Origin: Centroscyllium fabricii
Taxonomy: Eukaryota
Assembly (NCBI GenBank): GCA_051313645.2
Contig: JBNRSN020000005.1
Span: 304,730,001 to 304,794,000, forward strand
Direction of reading: 5' to 3'
DNA length: 64,000 nucleotides
Positions within the stretch are counted from its first letter, which is position 1; each line of letters begins with the position of its first letter. Below are positions 36,694-50,633 of this stretch, one piece after another. Under the pieces are notes generated by a model, which saw nothing but the letters and a program-made list of their open reading frames with translations, made no database searches and was not told where the DNA came from. The position numbers and the translations under genes were made by a program.

Positions 36694-38814
36694 AATGTTT
36701 TTACTTTACTGCTGTTCCAGTGATTACTGCAGTGGAGAAATCTGTAAGTTTAAAAAAAATAGAGAGTAATGAAATGCTCAGACAAAGAGAAAATGCATGG
36801 AATTTTCAAATTAAACCCCAGTGCAAACTGTTGAATAGACACCTGGATTGCTGCTCACGCTAAAGAGGCCTGCTGGGGGAAGGGGGCTGGTTCTGTGACA
36901 GTATCCAATTCCTTAGGGGGTCAGCCTCCACAGGGATTGCCCAGGGCTGCACTGGTTTTCTGGGAAGAAACGCCCGGACACGTTTCCATTAAAATTTCAA
37001 TTGGCCCACTGGGGAATGAATAAAATAGGCAGAAAGCGATCAACTTGTTAATGTTACATTCTGAGTGGGGGGGGGTGGCGTGAAATGGCTTCCAGTGAGA
37101 GCATTCTCAGGGCAGGAATTTCAGGCTGGAAAAAGCTGTGCAGGAAACAAAAGGTGTTTGAGTAGTACTTGTAATTGCTGTTAATGTTAGAATAATTAGG
37201 ACAGTCCTCCCAGTGGCCGCCTATCCGAAGAAAAGGGATGAGGGATTCGAATTCATGTTTGTCAAAGGGGGGTTGGAGTTGGGGGGCTTTATTATAATCT
37301 TGAGCTGTCCATGTGTGTGGTTCTTGTCTGTCTTTTCCTAATTTCAGCCCTATCTTGTTTTGTGCACTTATTGAGTACAAATGGATTCAGAAAAGGCTGG
37401 ATGTTTTTGTAACTCCAATCCTTAAGAAAACAGTTAAGGATTCAATTACTATCCAGGAATTTGAAGGGGAAAATAGGTTCATTTAGAGGCCTTGTTCGAA
37501 CTGTGGCAGTCACAGCTAACGTTAATTGTCTGTAGTGACCTCCTTCCATTGTAATAATAAATACTCTGGAATTTTTCATACAATATGTAGTTACCTGCAG
37601 GATGTAAACTAGAGTGAATGTCAAGGTGTGTGGCCTTTTGAGTTTTAGAATTGCTGTAGCACAAAAGAGAATAATAGTATTAACACAATTTAATTATTTC
37701 AAAAAGCTAATGTCCAATTTGCAGAATTTTACTGGGAATCAGTACATAGTAATTAGGCATTTCTTGCTCCATTTCCTGCTTCCAGTCCTGAAATACTAGA
37801 TTTTCTCACCTGCTCGGTTTCTCTCTTGCTTTTGTGAAGCCCAAACAAAATGTGTTTAAAAAAAAAAAAAACTTGACCTCATTGCTTGTTTTCCCTGTTT
37901 TAATTTAATAATATAACATTTTTATCCTGTAGTTAGAACATTATGAAGACCATGCATTGTCAAACTTAATCTGCATTCTTTAACACATCCTTTTTTTATT
38001 AAAAATTATTACAATCATCTGTGACTAGTTGAGATCGCTCCTTGAGTTGAGGTTTTTCATGCTTCTTAACTTGTCGAACAATTGCACTTTTTGTTTCTCC
38101 TAAATTGCAGTTCTTGCTACAGCCCACAGAAAGATCTCAGAAGAAATCTTGAATATGTGGCCTGTTCTCTCTCATGACGTCTGTGGTGCCGCGCTGAAAA
38201 TGACGTTATGATTAGCAGACTGGAATGGGAGCAGCGCTGAATGTTTGTTTATTTTATAAATCACTTTAAATTTGGTTCAGCATTATTTTTGCCCTCTCAT
38301 TTTCAAGCAATGGTGTCTTTGGGAGTTTTTTCTAAACGGGTGAGCTGTAGAGCTACTGAGAATGGCAACAGTGATGTGACTGCTACAATTTTTTTGAAGT
38401 ATATTGTAACGTGCAAATTTAAGAGGTAATTTTTTTTTGAACTGTTAAGCATGAAATTACAGTAAATGTTTTAGAATGCTTTGATGTATAGTCCCACTAT
38501 CCTTAACATTGTTTTCTATGTCGCCCGTTGACTACTGTATAAACTCCTTTCTTAATCCACCACCATTTTGTTAATTGCTTTGAGTCGCTGTCCATTTCAC
38601 TACTCGTGCAATTGATGCTCGTTATATGCAGGAATTTTTAGCTTGCAAGTCAGAAATTCCAAAAGATGATGCTCTCTTAATATATTTGCTGGACTGACTT
38701 TAAATTTGTATTGTTAGGGGGGGGAAAAACCTTCAAATATTTTACTGCTGTACTTTTTTTGCAAAATAAAATGTTGGTAATGCAGCTTTAATCTATTATT
38801 TTAAACATCGTGAT

Positions 38815-39295
38815 CAAAGCATCGAAGCTTTGACCACGCTCGATCAGCTCCGATGGACGGGTCACATTGTCCACATGCCCGATACGAGACTCCCAAAACA
38901 AGAGCTCTACTCGGAACTCTGGTATGGCAAGTTAGCCCCAGGTGGGCAGAGGAAACGCTTCAAGGACACCCTCAAAGCCTCGTTGAAAATGTGTAACATC
39001 CCCACCAACACCTAGGAGCCCCTGGCCCAAGACCGCACAAAGTGGAGGAGAAGCATCCGGGAAGGCGGCGAACACCTTGAGTCTCTTCGCCGGGGGCAAG
39101 CGGAAGCCAAGGGCAGGCAGCGCAAGGAGCGCACGTCAACCCAAGCACCCCACCCACCCGCCCCTTCAACCACCATCTGCCCCACCTGTGACCGAGACTG
39201 TAGGTCCCACATTGGACTCATCAGTCGCCTGCAAACTCATTTTTAATGTGGAAGAAAGTCATCCTCGGTTCCGAGGGACTGCCTAAGAAGAAGAT
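38815..39295 (+). mobile_element. RTE-clade LINE 3' fragment
   Basis: QLRWTGHIVHMPDTRLPKQELYSEL...GGQRKRFKDTLK, C-terminal CPTC motif and (AAG)n tail. Confidence 0.85.
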
Positions 39296-42139
39296 GATTG
39301 TTGTTTTAAACGCTGATTCGACTCTGGTGTCAACCCACTGGATGAGTCTGGTTTTTATTTAAAACAGCATGAACAATACTTCTAGTGTGTTCACGTCGGT
39401 ATGTTTTTGTCATGTCTCCTACCTAATCCAAACATGGTATTACAATTAGGAAATTGGGATAAATGTCCCAACAGTTGCATTTAACTTCTGATGCCTTTCA
39501 GTGTAGTTAGTGTGTGCAATGGAAACCGCGTATTAACAAGGTTGGATTCTCTTGTGACTTGGTTATTTCTGTCTAGTGGGACAAGGTTTTTCCCTCTATT
39601 AAAGGTTTATTTGTTTTGCTGGGCAACAGGGGACAGTGTTTGTTTGCACATGGTGCATTAAGCAGGGGCCAAGATGTTACGTATATATAAGCAGTGACAC
39701 TTTTTTGCTATTGAGTTTAAAACTCAAACCTAAGATTACATAGGAACAAGATTATTATTATAAAGACCCGTAATTGGGTGCAATTACGTGCAAGTACATT
39801 TTCTCTTACCAATAAGTGCGAACTGCATAAATTGACACTTGTTGTGTATATACAAAAGTGCAGAATCTTTGAACTTTCGTTAAAGGCTATAACTCATAAA
39901 TAATGTTTTATTGTTTATATTGGCTCCTTATTCCTGTCTGAATTAACCAATTCCTGCCAGAAATGGCCTTGCCATTACCAGTAATAGCATTTTAAGCATT
40001 TGAGCTTGGGAAAGAGCATGGTATTTTCATTTTGTATAAGAAACGTGGTGGTGCAGGCGTAGTCCCAAAGATTGAATCTATTTAATTCAGTTATCGTGGG
40101 ATTATCATCGGATTTTGTGCAAAATTATGCATGAGCTTAAACTGGATTTAAACCTTTCATACTGTCAGTTTTACTGCTGGTTGTATTTGTCAGTCTTCTT
40201 ATTGACTGGAAAAATAGTTTAATGCAATCTTCTAAGGCTTTTAAATTAAACTCAAATGTAAGTTGGTGTAAAAGGAATTGAGTTGCATGTTTGTATTGCG
40301 AATTGCCCATTTAAAAAAAATATATACATGCTTTTTAATGTAGCACTTACCATTTGATGGGTAATGATTTTGGAAGGTTGGGAGAGGAGATGCCAATCAA
40401 TTTCTCTCTCTCTCTCTCAATGCAAGTTATCTAATACGTTGAGAACTGTGGCTTAATCTTGTGCTAAAACTGTGCCAAGATTGTTTTCAATTATTAAGTT
40501 TATCAAAGAATATAGCATGTAAGGGCTTTTTACAGTTTCATATGCTTCTCTGATCCCACTGACTGAATTTTTGTGTCACAAGTATATGTTGAACTCCAGA
40601 CTCCGGGTTAGAGCAGAGCGGTCTACCACCTTTGTGATATTGCCCGTAGAGTTTCACTGCACCGTGAGTGCTAACGAATACTGATGATTCTTCCTGACTA
40701 TTCATTGTGGTATTCTGTACTGACCCAATGTACCACTTCATTATCAAATGTATTTGCATCATTTCTAAAGAAAAGCTGCATAAATGTTTTGTGACCTGCT
40801 TGATTACGGTCATGTGGCACTGAATTTTTTAATCAATTAATTTCATGCCTTTTATGTAACAATCTGTCAGACTGTGTGGTGTAGTGGGGTGGGCCAGTAC
40901 ACGCTTCACCTCTTGGTCTTGGGTTTAAAACACACTCAAATATCTGAACTCCTGTTTGAAAATTATTGCCCAATTTGGAACTTTCACTGTACAACAACAA
41001 CTTGCATTCTCGAACACCTTTTTAATGTAGGGAAGCATCCCAGGGCGCTTCCCAGGTGCGTAATCAGCTCTTTATTGAAAGTCAGAGTTGCCAAGCAAGC
41101 CTCGGGCTTCTTTGCTTTTCTATTAGTGTAATGAATAGTGACAAAAGTGAAGTAATCGGCAGTCCAAATACAGGAAACTCTTTGATATCCGGCACCGATT
41201 GACGTGTTGCCGGTTGATCGGAAATTCCGGATGTCGGGGTTATCTACCGAGGCTATTTTTAACAAAGAAAAATTTAAAAAAATCAAGAAATATACAGTAA
41301 TTGGGTACTCACCTATAGAATGTTGTGTTAAATGGATGGTGGAAGATGCTTGATTTAAGTACAGTACTGCCAGTTGAGGGTAATGCAATGCAATGACTAC
41401 CAGCAGTGTGGGAGACACCCAGTACCCCCGTAAAATGGCGGATCAGAAGAGACGACCGGCAGGGCAGGAGGGCCAGACTCCTGTTACAGGGGCATTGAAG
41501 TGTTCTGACTCCCAACAGCGCCAAGAAGCCGAGTAGTGGCAGTTTGGAGAACTACCCCCACTGATTAACTCGGCCAGTGCAGGAGACTCGGACTCTGCAA
41601 AATTGCAGGTTATTGAGGTGTTGGGTTTGGGATGAGAATTTTTCTGGTTAATAGAGAATTCTGGATATTTAGACGCCGGTTAAACAAGAGTTTCCTGTAC
41701 ATGGCTGCCATCAGTTCAACAACTTGGAAACCCTTGCACCTCATCTCATCCCTTCTCTTTGCAGAGAAAATGCTAGCTTTAATAGCTCTTGGCCCCCTTC
41801 CCCCATCAATGCCAGAAGTTTTGGGAAAAAACTCAAGACACAAACATGCTGGATCAATGTGCATTCATCATAGGCTGAGATCCCAAATGTACAGAGCTGC
41901 ATTTGGAAGCTCGACTGAAGTTACTTGGTATAACAGTGGTGTTACTGAAGCAGCCTTAACAGATGTTGAAATTCGTTGCAATAATAGTAGTGTTATGTTT
42001 GTTTTAAACATTGATATTTTTGTGGTACGAATTTCTGCTGGACTGATGCTTGTTTCTAACTTATACTGACTCTAAAATTTGAGTAGCCAATTGTAGATTA
42101 ACTGAAAGACTTGTGTTTATTTACTGCCATATCACATTT

Positions 42140-42550
42140 GTCAGAAATGCATTCACGTACAATGAATTACTTTTGAAGTGCAGTGACTGTTGTTACATAG
42201 ACAAACCTTGCATCCATTTTGCACACAGCAAGATCCCAGAATAGAATGTCGGTGAATGGCCGCTTAATCTTTTGTTGGGGGTGGGAAGGAGTTGGGTGCT
42301 GGTTGGCAGAGGAATGCTGAGCAGGAAATGGAGAGAAATCCTGGCTGTTTTATTCAATAGTGGCATCTGATTCTTCACATTCACTGGAGGAAGTAGACGG
42401 GGGCCTTGGTTTAATGTCTCATCTAAAGGACTGAACCCATGACCGCGCAATACTCTCTCAGTACGTCACTGGATTTGTGAAGACCTGGACTGGAGCTTGA
42501 ACCTAGTCTTGTGATTCAGAGGTGAGAGTGCCAGTAAATGAGCCAAACTG
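42140..42550 (-). mobile_element. Deu-domain SINE
   Basis: GGGCCTTGGTTTAATGTCTCATC core, collinear with 8463-8650 plus 16084-16255. Confidence 0.68.
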
Positions 42551-42708
42551 ATACCTTGACATTACCAATACATCTGCAGAAATAACTTCACAGTCAATCG
42601 TTCAATGTGAAGGTCATTGCACATCAAAGATATGAGGCGTTCTCCTACTCCGTGTCAAAACTGCCAGCACTAAACATATCCCAGAACTGAGTACAGTACT
42701 GTATTAAA

Positions 42709-43094
42709 ACCCTGCAATGGGTAGTCAAAACTGCCCAACGAATCACCCAGCTACCGTCAATGGAAAGCATCTACCTCAAACGCTGCTTACGGAGGTCTCT
42801 GAACATTATTAAAGACCCCACACACCCCAGCCACAGTCTGTTCGCCCCCCTGCCCTCCGGGAGACGCTACAGAGCAATTCGCACCCGCACGACTAGATTT
42901 CAGAACAGCTTCTTCCCCAGGGCTGTCAGCCTCCTGAACTCTAAAAATAAACTCCGGTACCTGCACGCCTGATAATGTACTTTACTGTATGCAATTTGCA
43001 TGTAATTTATTTGCACTACTCTCGGGAGCGGCGAGTCTTCGTCTCGTATTGTACTAGTACTCTGCAATGACAATAAAACGTGAATTGAATTGAA
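42709..43094 (+). mobile_element. Rex1/Babar-type LINE 3' end
   Basis: IIKDPTHPSHSLFAPLPSGRRYRAIRTRTTRFQNSFFPRAV; AATAAA and (TGAAT)n tail. Confidence 0.85.
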
Positions 43095-43247
43095 GGTATT
43101 GCTGCTCATAAACATTCCCAATATGCATTATAAATAATGGTATGCTGGAGTGGCTCTAAACCTGGGTTCAGGTGGTGTGGTTAACTGATTTCTAATTCTT
43201 AAAATCATATAATTTTCAGAAATGGACCATTGTAGCATGTGCCAGTG

Positions 43248-44033
43248 TTCAGTTCAATTCAATTCAAGTTTTATTGTCATTGCAGAGTACTAGTACAATA
43301 CAACGAGACGAAGACTCGCCGCTCCCGAGAGTAGTGCAAATAAATTACATGCAAATTGCATACAGTAAAGTATCAGGCGTGCAGGTACCGGAGTTTATTT
43401 TTAGAGTTCAGGAGGCTGACAGCCCTGGGGAAGAAGCTGTTCTGAAATCTAGTCGTGCGGGTGCAAATTGCTCTGTAGCATCTCCCGGAGGGCAGGGGGG
43501 CGAACAGACTGTGGCTGGGGTGTGTGGGGTCTTTAATAATGTTCAGAGACCTCTGTAAGCAGCGTTTGAGGTAGATGCTTTCCATTGACGGGAGCTGTGT
43601 ACCGGTGATACGTTGGGCAGTTTTGACTACACGCTGCAGGGTCTTCTGGTCCGAGATGGTGCAATTTCCATACCAGACTGTGTTGCAGCTCGTCAGTATG
43701 CTTTCATGCTTTTGATTGTGCAGCGGTAGAAGGTGGAGAGGATGCCGGATGACAGCCTGGCTTTCTTCAGCTTCCTTAGAAAGTACAGGCGCTGTTGGGC
43801 CTTCTTTATCAGAGAGGAGGTGTTTAGTGACCAGGAGAGGTCTTCTGAGATGTGGACCCCGAGGAACTTGAAGCTGGACACCCTTTCCACCTCAGCCCCT
43901 TGGATGAAGATGGGGGGGGGTGTCTTCTGTTTTCAGTCCTCCGGAAGTCCACTATGATCTCCTTAGTTTTCTTGGTGTTCAGTGCCAGGTTGTTGTCGGC
44001 ACATCAACCCACAAGGCACTGGATCTCATCATC
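43248..44033 (-). mobile_element. Rex1/Babar-type LINE 3' end, inverted relative to 42709-43094
   Basis: ERVSSFKFLGVHISEDLSW...KKAQQRLYFLR and the same C-terminus and tail. Confidence 0.88.
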
Positions 44034-44499
44034 AGAGCCATCTACTCTAATCCCATCTCCTGGAACCCCGAGACTAGACTAAAGTTTAGAATGGTTATTC
44101 TGTGTTTATTATGTAAATAGGGGGCTTACAGATCTCTTTTTTGTGAAGGTTTATGTGTCGAATTTAGTTTTAAGGGCCTGCATGCACTCGGTAGTTTTTT
44201 TGTGTACTAAGCTTTTGCTAAATCTAATGGTGGAAACTAATTCGGTGTGGGAATAAAGAAAGATGTTTTATTTTTCCCTAATCTTAAAAAAAACACAGGT
44301 TAATAGTTGAAGGGATAATTATCTGGATCCCCGGACTGTTGCTGTTTATAACTACTGCTGTCATGTTCATCATCAAGTGTATATACTGTTTTGGGTTTAA
44401 TTGATTGAACTTGAGAGTTGGTTATATTTGCAGTTATATTTTATATATGCAGGTTATATTTTATATTTCCTGTCAGTGGGCCTGAGCCACATACCGGGG

Positions 44500-44870
44500 T
44501 TAACATTCCCGTGCAGTACTGAAGGGATTTGCATTGTTGAAGTTGCTGTCCTTCAGATGAGGGTTAAACAGAGATCCTACATAGCTGCTTGTTCAGGTAG
44601 ATGCTGAAGAGCCCATGACACTATTTGAAGAAGAGCAGAAAGTTCTTAAGCGTCGAGCCATATTCTTCCCTCGCCCAATACCACAACGAGCAGATTAACT
44701 GGTCATTCTTCTCATTGGTGCCTGTGGTCCGTGGGTGGCGCACAAAGGTTGGCACATTTTCCTACACAACAGTCGCTGCACTTCAAAAAGTAAAAGTGAT
44801 TCATTGTGTGAAGCACGTTGAAATGTTTTAACATGAGGTGCAAGTATTTCTTATTGCAGCAATTGATATA
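44500..44870 (+). mobile_element. Deu-domain SINE, decayed
   Basis: GCAGTACTGAAGGGA...CAGATGAG.GTTAAAC...CATGACACTATTTGAAGAAGAGCAG. Confidence 0.62.
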
Positions 44871-46794
44871 AACAAGTAAATAATAGTGCACCATGCTGTA
44901 GGATTGATGAGGCGGTGTATTCAGTATTGTAATCTAAATGGGATTTTTAGTTTGGTTGAGCACTGTTTGATATGGGGTTCTACCACTCTCTATGGCATCC
45001 AGTCTAGTCCAGGGTTTAATTTAGAAATGTGTTACTGCCTTTCCACTGCCATATCATAGACTGGTTACAGCACAGAAGGAGGCCATTTGGCCCGTCGAGC
45101 CCGTGCTGGCTCTCTGCAAGAGCATTTCAGCGAGTTCCACTCCCCTGCCCTTTCCCCGATAGACATTTCATTATATATGCAATAATAAAAGTTGCAAATT
45201 CTGCACGGTCCTGCTCTCGCCTAATGTCTGTGCACGCACACGTTTTAGCTGGCGTCGTTGGGATAGTGATTTAAGAGCGGGAGCTCCGATTGATATCTCC
45301 CCATCTCCTTTTCACCTTCCCCCTTGCCCAACTCCAGGAGCACTCGAGCAAATTGTAGCTTCCCAATTGCTGGCTTGGCTGAGATCAGCTAACTAGGCAC
45401 AGGACAGTAACTGAACCTCTGACCTTCTGGTGTGTATGGCTTTGTGTGACTCCAGGTGGTGGTATTGACTGTTTTGCAGGAAGTACAAAACTGCTAACCT
45501 ATCACAAACCCAAAAGTTAAGTTCCTCGCATATTATAGCATTGCAGGGAATTAAAAAAAAAAGTTACATGTCGTACCTCTTAAGATTTTTTTTTCCATTG
45601 GTGCTTGTTTAGTTTGGATTGTGGGAGGATGCCATCCATGTACCACTTTCCTGCACGTTGCACTGCTAAAACTGGCTCCCTCATCAAAGTGGCAGAATTA
45701 TGGACCTGCATTTTTGTCGAGGGTTAGCAATGCTGGCGCGCAGATGCCAATCTCCAAACTAAGCAGACGTCAATGTAAACATGCCTTCAGCTTCTGCTGG
45801 TTGCAGGAGTGTGGCCCAACATAACTTGCTTGAAGATAGTACCTGGTCTCTACTCTGCCTCTTGACAACTTGGGACTGACTCCAGGAACATGTCGGGTGA
45901 GGAACCTCGAGCACGGAGGACTCCCCATGTTCTGTAACCGTATTGGGCGGCGAGTTGGAGAAGGAAAAAGGTCTACTCCTTTTTGATCTTCGAATATCAG
46001 TGGCAAACACTACCTGTAGATTGTTCCTCTGTCCAATACATGTCGAATGTTAGCACGGGTTGTCTGTTTGTCAACTGATTGTGTGGTGTTTTAATTAGTT
46101 CCCTTCTGAATCTTGGTAAATATTTCAGATGTTAAAGGCAGAAAACCTGAAAACAAAGCGATTGAAATTGTATCCTGTACCCAGCTGACATTGTATCCTA
46201 TAGTTCAGAAATGTGTGTAATAGGGTTGAGGAGTTTCTGGAGCTCTACAGATAATGAGGATTTTTTGAGGTGGGGTGGGGGTGGGGTGTAGAGAAGAGAG
46301 AGGGAGCTTGTGTTTACACAGCTGAATTGGTGCTTGTTGCCTAGGAGTTAGTAACATTGTTCCATTCTATTTTTTTTGAATGCAGAAGTACTCATCTCCT
46401 AGCAATTCTGCACGAGACTTCAGCTGTCTAGCAGTGCTCATTACCAGCTCTATTCTGTACAACTGTTGCCTAGCCCAGCCTTGCCTTGGGTTTCATCAAT
46501 TGTATTCTTGTTTACATTGGAACTTAATGCAATGAAACACTGGGTAGATGCTTTAAAAAAAAAAAAAAAAAATGGGACTTGGTGCTGTTTAGCATCAAAA
46601 TCAATTTTATAATTGACTCATTGAAACTGGTTTTGTACCAAGAGATTGGAAAGCTTTATGATGCATTGGCACTGACAGTTACTATATTTTACACTCAATT
46701 TCTGTCGGACATTTTTATATAGTAATGGAAAGTAGTAAAAAAAAATATATTTTTGAAAGGTAAAGTATTTAGCAAGTTCCAGTGATTGACGTTC

Positions 46795-47345
46795 CATAGA
46801 ACATAGATTATACAGCACTGTACAGGCCCTTGGGCCCTCAATGTAGTGCCGCGCTTAGTCCGTCTCTGATTTTTCCTGTCCCCCCTACTCTTCCTTCCCC
46901 TCCATATACCTATCTATCATCCTTTTAAAAGCTCCCAGACTGTCCGCATCCACTATTTCAGATGGTAGCCTATTCCACTCCCCGACCACTCTCTGTGTAA
47001 AGAACTTGCCCCTGCCATCCCTTCTGAATCTTCCGCCTTGAATCTTGTGCTCGTGCCCTCTTGTTGTCGTTCTTCCCACCCGGGGAAACAGTCTCTGCAC
47101 GTTTACTCTATCGGTCCCCTTCATCATTCTTAAACATCTCTATTAAGTCCCCCCTCTTCCTTCTCCGCTCCAGGGAGAAGAGTCCCAGCTCCCTCAACCT
47201 CTCCTCGTACGACTTTCCCCCCATTCCCGGCAGCATCCTGGCGAATCTCCTCTGCACCCTCTCCAACGCCTCCACATCCCTCCTGTAGTACGGTGCCCAG
47301 AACTGCACACAGTACTCCAAGTGTGGTCTCACCAGTGACCTGTAC
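46795..47345 (-). mobile_element. CR1 3' fragment (different subfamily)
   Basis: [14 protein letters not shown]...FFTQRVVGEWNRLP plus tail. Confidence 0.88.
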
Positions 47346-48268
47346 AGCTGTTCCAGTTTGGTACAAATTAATAAGAATCACAAATAGCTGATGATTTTCA
47401 TGAACAAAATACTATATTTTTTTATTTTTAAATTGTTTATTTTTTGAAAAAAAGGCTTAGTGTAGTGTAACATTTAATTAAAGTAAGACTACTGCACTGC
47501 CTCCTTTTTTAAAACACTCCTTTTACAGCACAATTTAAAATAAAATGTGTAATGAGGCTTCTGCTATTGAAGCATTGACTTGTTAAGCTTGTATCCAAAT
47601 TGAAGACTAGTAAGCACAATTCATCTTCGCGAGCTGTGTGGGGGACTGACGCTGCGCTTACTGGAGCAGATGTTGACATACGGGCAGTCATAGAACTAAT
47701 TGTTGTTTGAATTACCCGTTATGATATGATGACAAATCTCCAGTGTTCCTGCCACTGGAGCAGAAAATGTAGCTTGAATTGGAATGATGTTAGCAAGTGT
47801 AAACTGTATTTCAACAAGATGGATAAATGCAATTATTGAGGAGACCTGTAGAGAGAAAATCCATTTAAATCTCGTAATGTTAAGCAGAGCACTGGTTAAT
47901 TCATTTGGGCCAATTTGCAGGTGATAGACGAGTGTCGGTGCACATTAGTCAAAGGGGAATGGATGTGCTAAGAGTGATTGGATGCGCTGAAGCAGATGTT
48001 GGCTGTTTCTTGCTGGGACAGCAGCAGAGAGGTGCCCAGTTCCAGCTGCTAGTACAAATGGGTTTGGCGAGCTCAAATGGCAAAAAGATGTACTAACTGA
48101 TATTGCAGGAGCAACGCAGTGTAAACGCAACAACAGGAGGTACCTCAGGCAGAAAGACAAGTCTGGTCTCTAACTCGCATTGGGAGCTTGAATGATTGTT
48201 CCCCCACTCCAAAAAAAAAAAAAAAAAAAAAAGTCTATAGACCACTGCAATAATTTCTTTTGCAATTA

Positions 48269-48975
48269 CAGTTTGGGTACCGGTAATCCGGCACCCGATG
48301 GTCCGGCACCTTCAGTGGTCTGGCACGAATTTTTCAGTTTGCGGAGCCGCTCGGCGTCCAACGCTTTCAAGCAGGCGCACCGTGCCTTGCATCTACAAAC
48401 ACATCCTGACATACTTACCTGGCGTGATCCCCGAGCGATGGAAACCTTGTGGAAAACGTGGGAAAATGCTTTGGAGCTGGGAAAACGGGGATTTAATTAG
48501 TTTAAGCACCCTCCTAACAAGCACAATTGAATGACCCGCCGCTCAGTGCCGTGTCTGTAAAGCGCAGGCAGAACCGGTACTCTGGGAAGCTGACGAGGAG
48601 GCGGGTTCAGAGCACGATACCGGCCCACTGTCAATCTTTTTGATTTTGACAGCGGTCCCGTCTCCAAACTCGTTCTCTGAGTGCTGGCAAAATTCTGGCC
48701 AAAGTAGGGTTGAGGAATTACCCCATAAATATTAGGGCCAGTGTGTCCTACCCTCCAATCCTCCACTGAACAAAACCCTGTGCTGGTTGTGTAGTCTTCA
48801 CTGAAATTTATATTCATTGGTTTCAGCAAAAGTTGCGTGGTTTTGAATCACTGTTTAAGTGTTCTATCCCCAGGGAGAGTGTTCTACCCGCGCGTTGTAC
48901 CAGAACCTTCAGTGGTCCGGCAATTTCAATGGTCCGGCACCAGCCTGGTCCCGAGGGTGCCGGATTGCTGGTATT
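48269..48975. mobile_element. Tigger-like MITE, degenerate
   Basis: Ends match the TIR and sub-terminal sequence of 14840-15183. Confidence 0.7.
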
Positions 48976-49306
48976 GAAGTCAAACTTTTGGGATTTTGCA
49001 AGACTAAACTGAAAATAAGTTTGTGCTTCATGTAAGAAATACAAATGTAGTTTTAAAAGTTCTGTTTCTCTAAATACAGCTGAATGCACGTCACAAGAAA
49101 TAAGCTGCAGTGTTCCTGGCATAGTTGTCTGGTTCTTTAAGTAGTATAATCCAATTGTAAAATAAAAGTTGGAAGCTGTCAGGGAAACAAATCTACTTGT
49201 TAAGTATAAGTAAACAGTAACGTACATTACAATGTGCATTTAAGATTAATCTTTTGGTACCATTTGGAATTTTTTGAGCATTGTATGTATTTTCCCTTTG
49301 TCAATA

Positions 49307-49734
49307 CAGGCTGAGCACCGTTGATCCGTTACCCGAAAACCCGGCAACTTTGAACGTCCGGCAATTTCCCCGACTGCCCCGTGCATGCGCAAAATGGCAG
49401 CCGCGATTGATGCTTCGGCGAATGATCTGCGCATGCGCCACCGAACGGCGAGCGCATGCGCAGATCATTCACAATGGCCTCTCCGAGCTGATGGCCGGGC
49501 CGGGAATCTCCGATCGCGGGCTGGGCCGGGACTCTGCGATCGCGGGCTGGGCCGGCACTCTCCGATCGCGGGCCTGGACTCCCTGACCGATAAGCGTGCG
49601 TAGACCACTCAAAATGGCCGCTGGCCATTTTGAATGGTCTGCGCATGCGCTGGCCAAAGCTTCAATCGTTGGGATTTTCAGTTTCCCGGCACGGGCCTGG
49701 TCCCGCCCGTGCCGGATTAACGGTGCTCAACCTG
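49307..49734. mobile_element. Tigger-like MITE
   Basis: TA|CAGGCTGAGCACCG ... CGGTGCTCAACCTG|TA. Confidence 0.85.
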
Positions 49735-50633
49735 TAGTACAACTTGCTATTCAATATATAGTGCTCTTTCTAACTGAATTTTTTATGTATGCATTTTGTT
49801 GATAAATCTAAATAACAAATAACAAAATTATTGGTTAAAAAAATCTACACTATTTAGAAATATGTCACGGGGAGATTAACCCAGTATGCAAAATTTGTGG
49901 TTTTCAGTAAAAGGAGAATTGGTTCACAGTTTGAAACCACAAATGTAAAGTGTGCAGCTTTCTGATTTCAAATTACTCAGTTCATAATTGTCCTCAGCCC
50001 CAGCATACGTTTTTTTATCTGAGTGTTAGAATTCATATGTACCAGCTATGGTTAGAGGCTTGGTTTGTGGTTTTGAGTGTCAAGTGTAGTCTGTTGATCT
50101 TGATTATACAGTTAGGACCTTATTAATGTTCTTTTGTAAATATAAATTATGCCCATGCCGAAAGTTCCCAGTCTCTGCAGCTTGCTTCCATTTCTAAACA
50201 CACCGTTATTACAATTTAATTTGATCTCCTGTTTTCAGCCGGAGCTTTCTTAAAAGGTGTGATGTGATGAGTTCAAACTAAAACTGTCACCACATGATAA
50301 TGGGGTCAGTGCATCAATAACATGGGGCCAAGTCAACTCATGATATTTCTACTGAGCTGTCCTGATAACAGTACTGTAATGTACCATTTTATTATCTAAA
50401 ATATAAACTGTGCCTCAGGATTTCCATATTTTGTACCACTAATACTGTACTTTTTTTTATGGCATGAAGTTGAGCCCTCTATGTTGAGTTTTTTCAATTT
50501 CTTTATATTGCCTGTGTTCCACAAGTACTTTAATGTGGTGTACTATTTTGAATAAAGAGCAGTACAAAAATAAATACCATACTTATGTTAAATTTTTTTT
50601 TTTGATTTAAACTCTAACTGCATTTTAAAACTA

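Noticed and set aside
41632-42069. 145-aa intronic ORF
   Set aside because: No recognisable domain or splice context.
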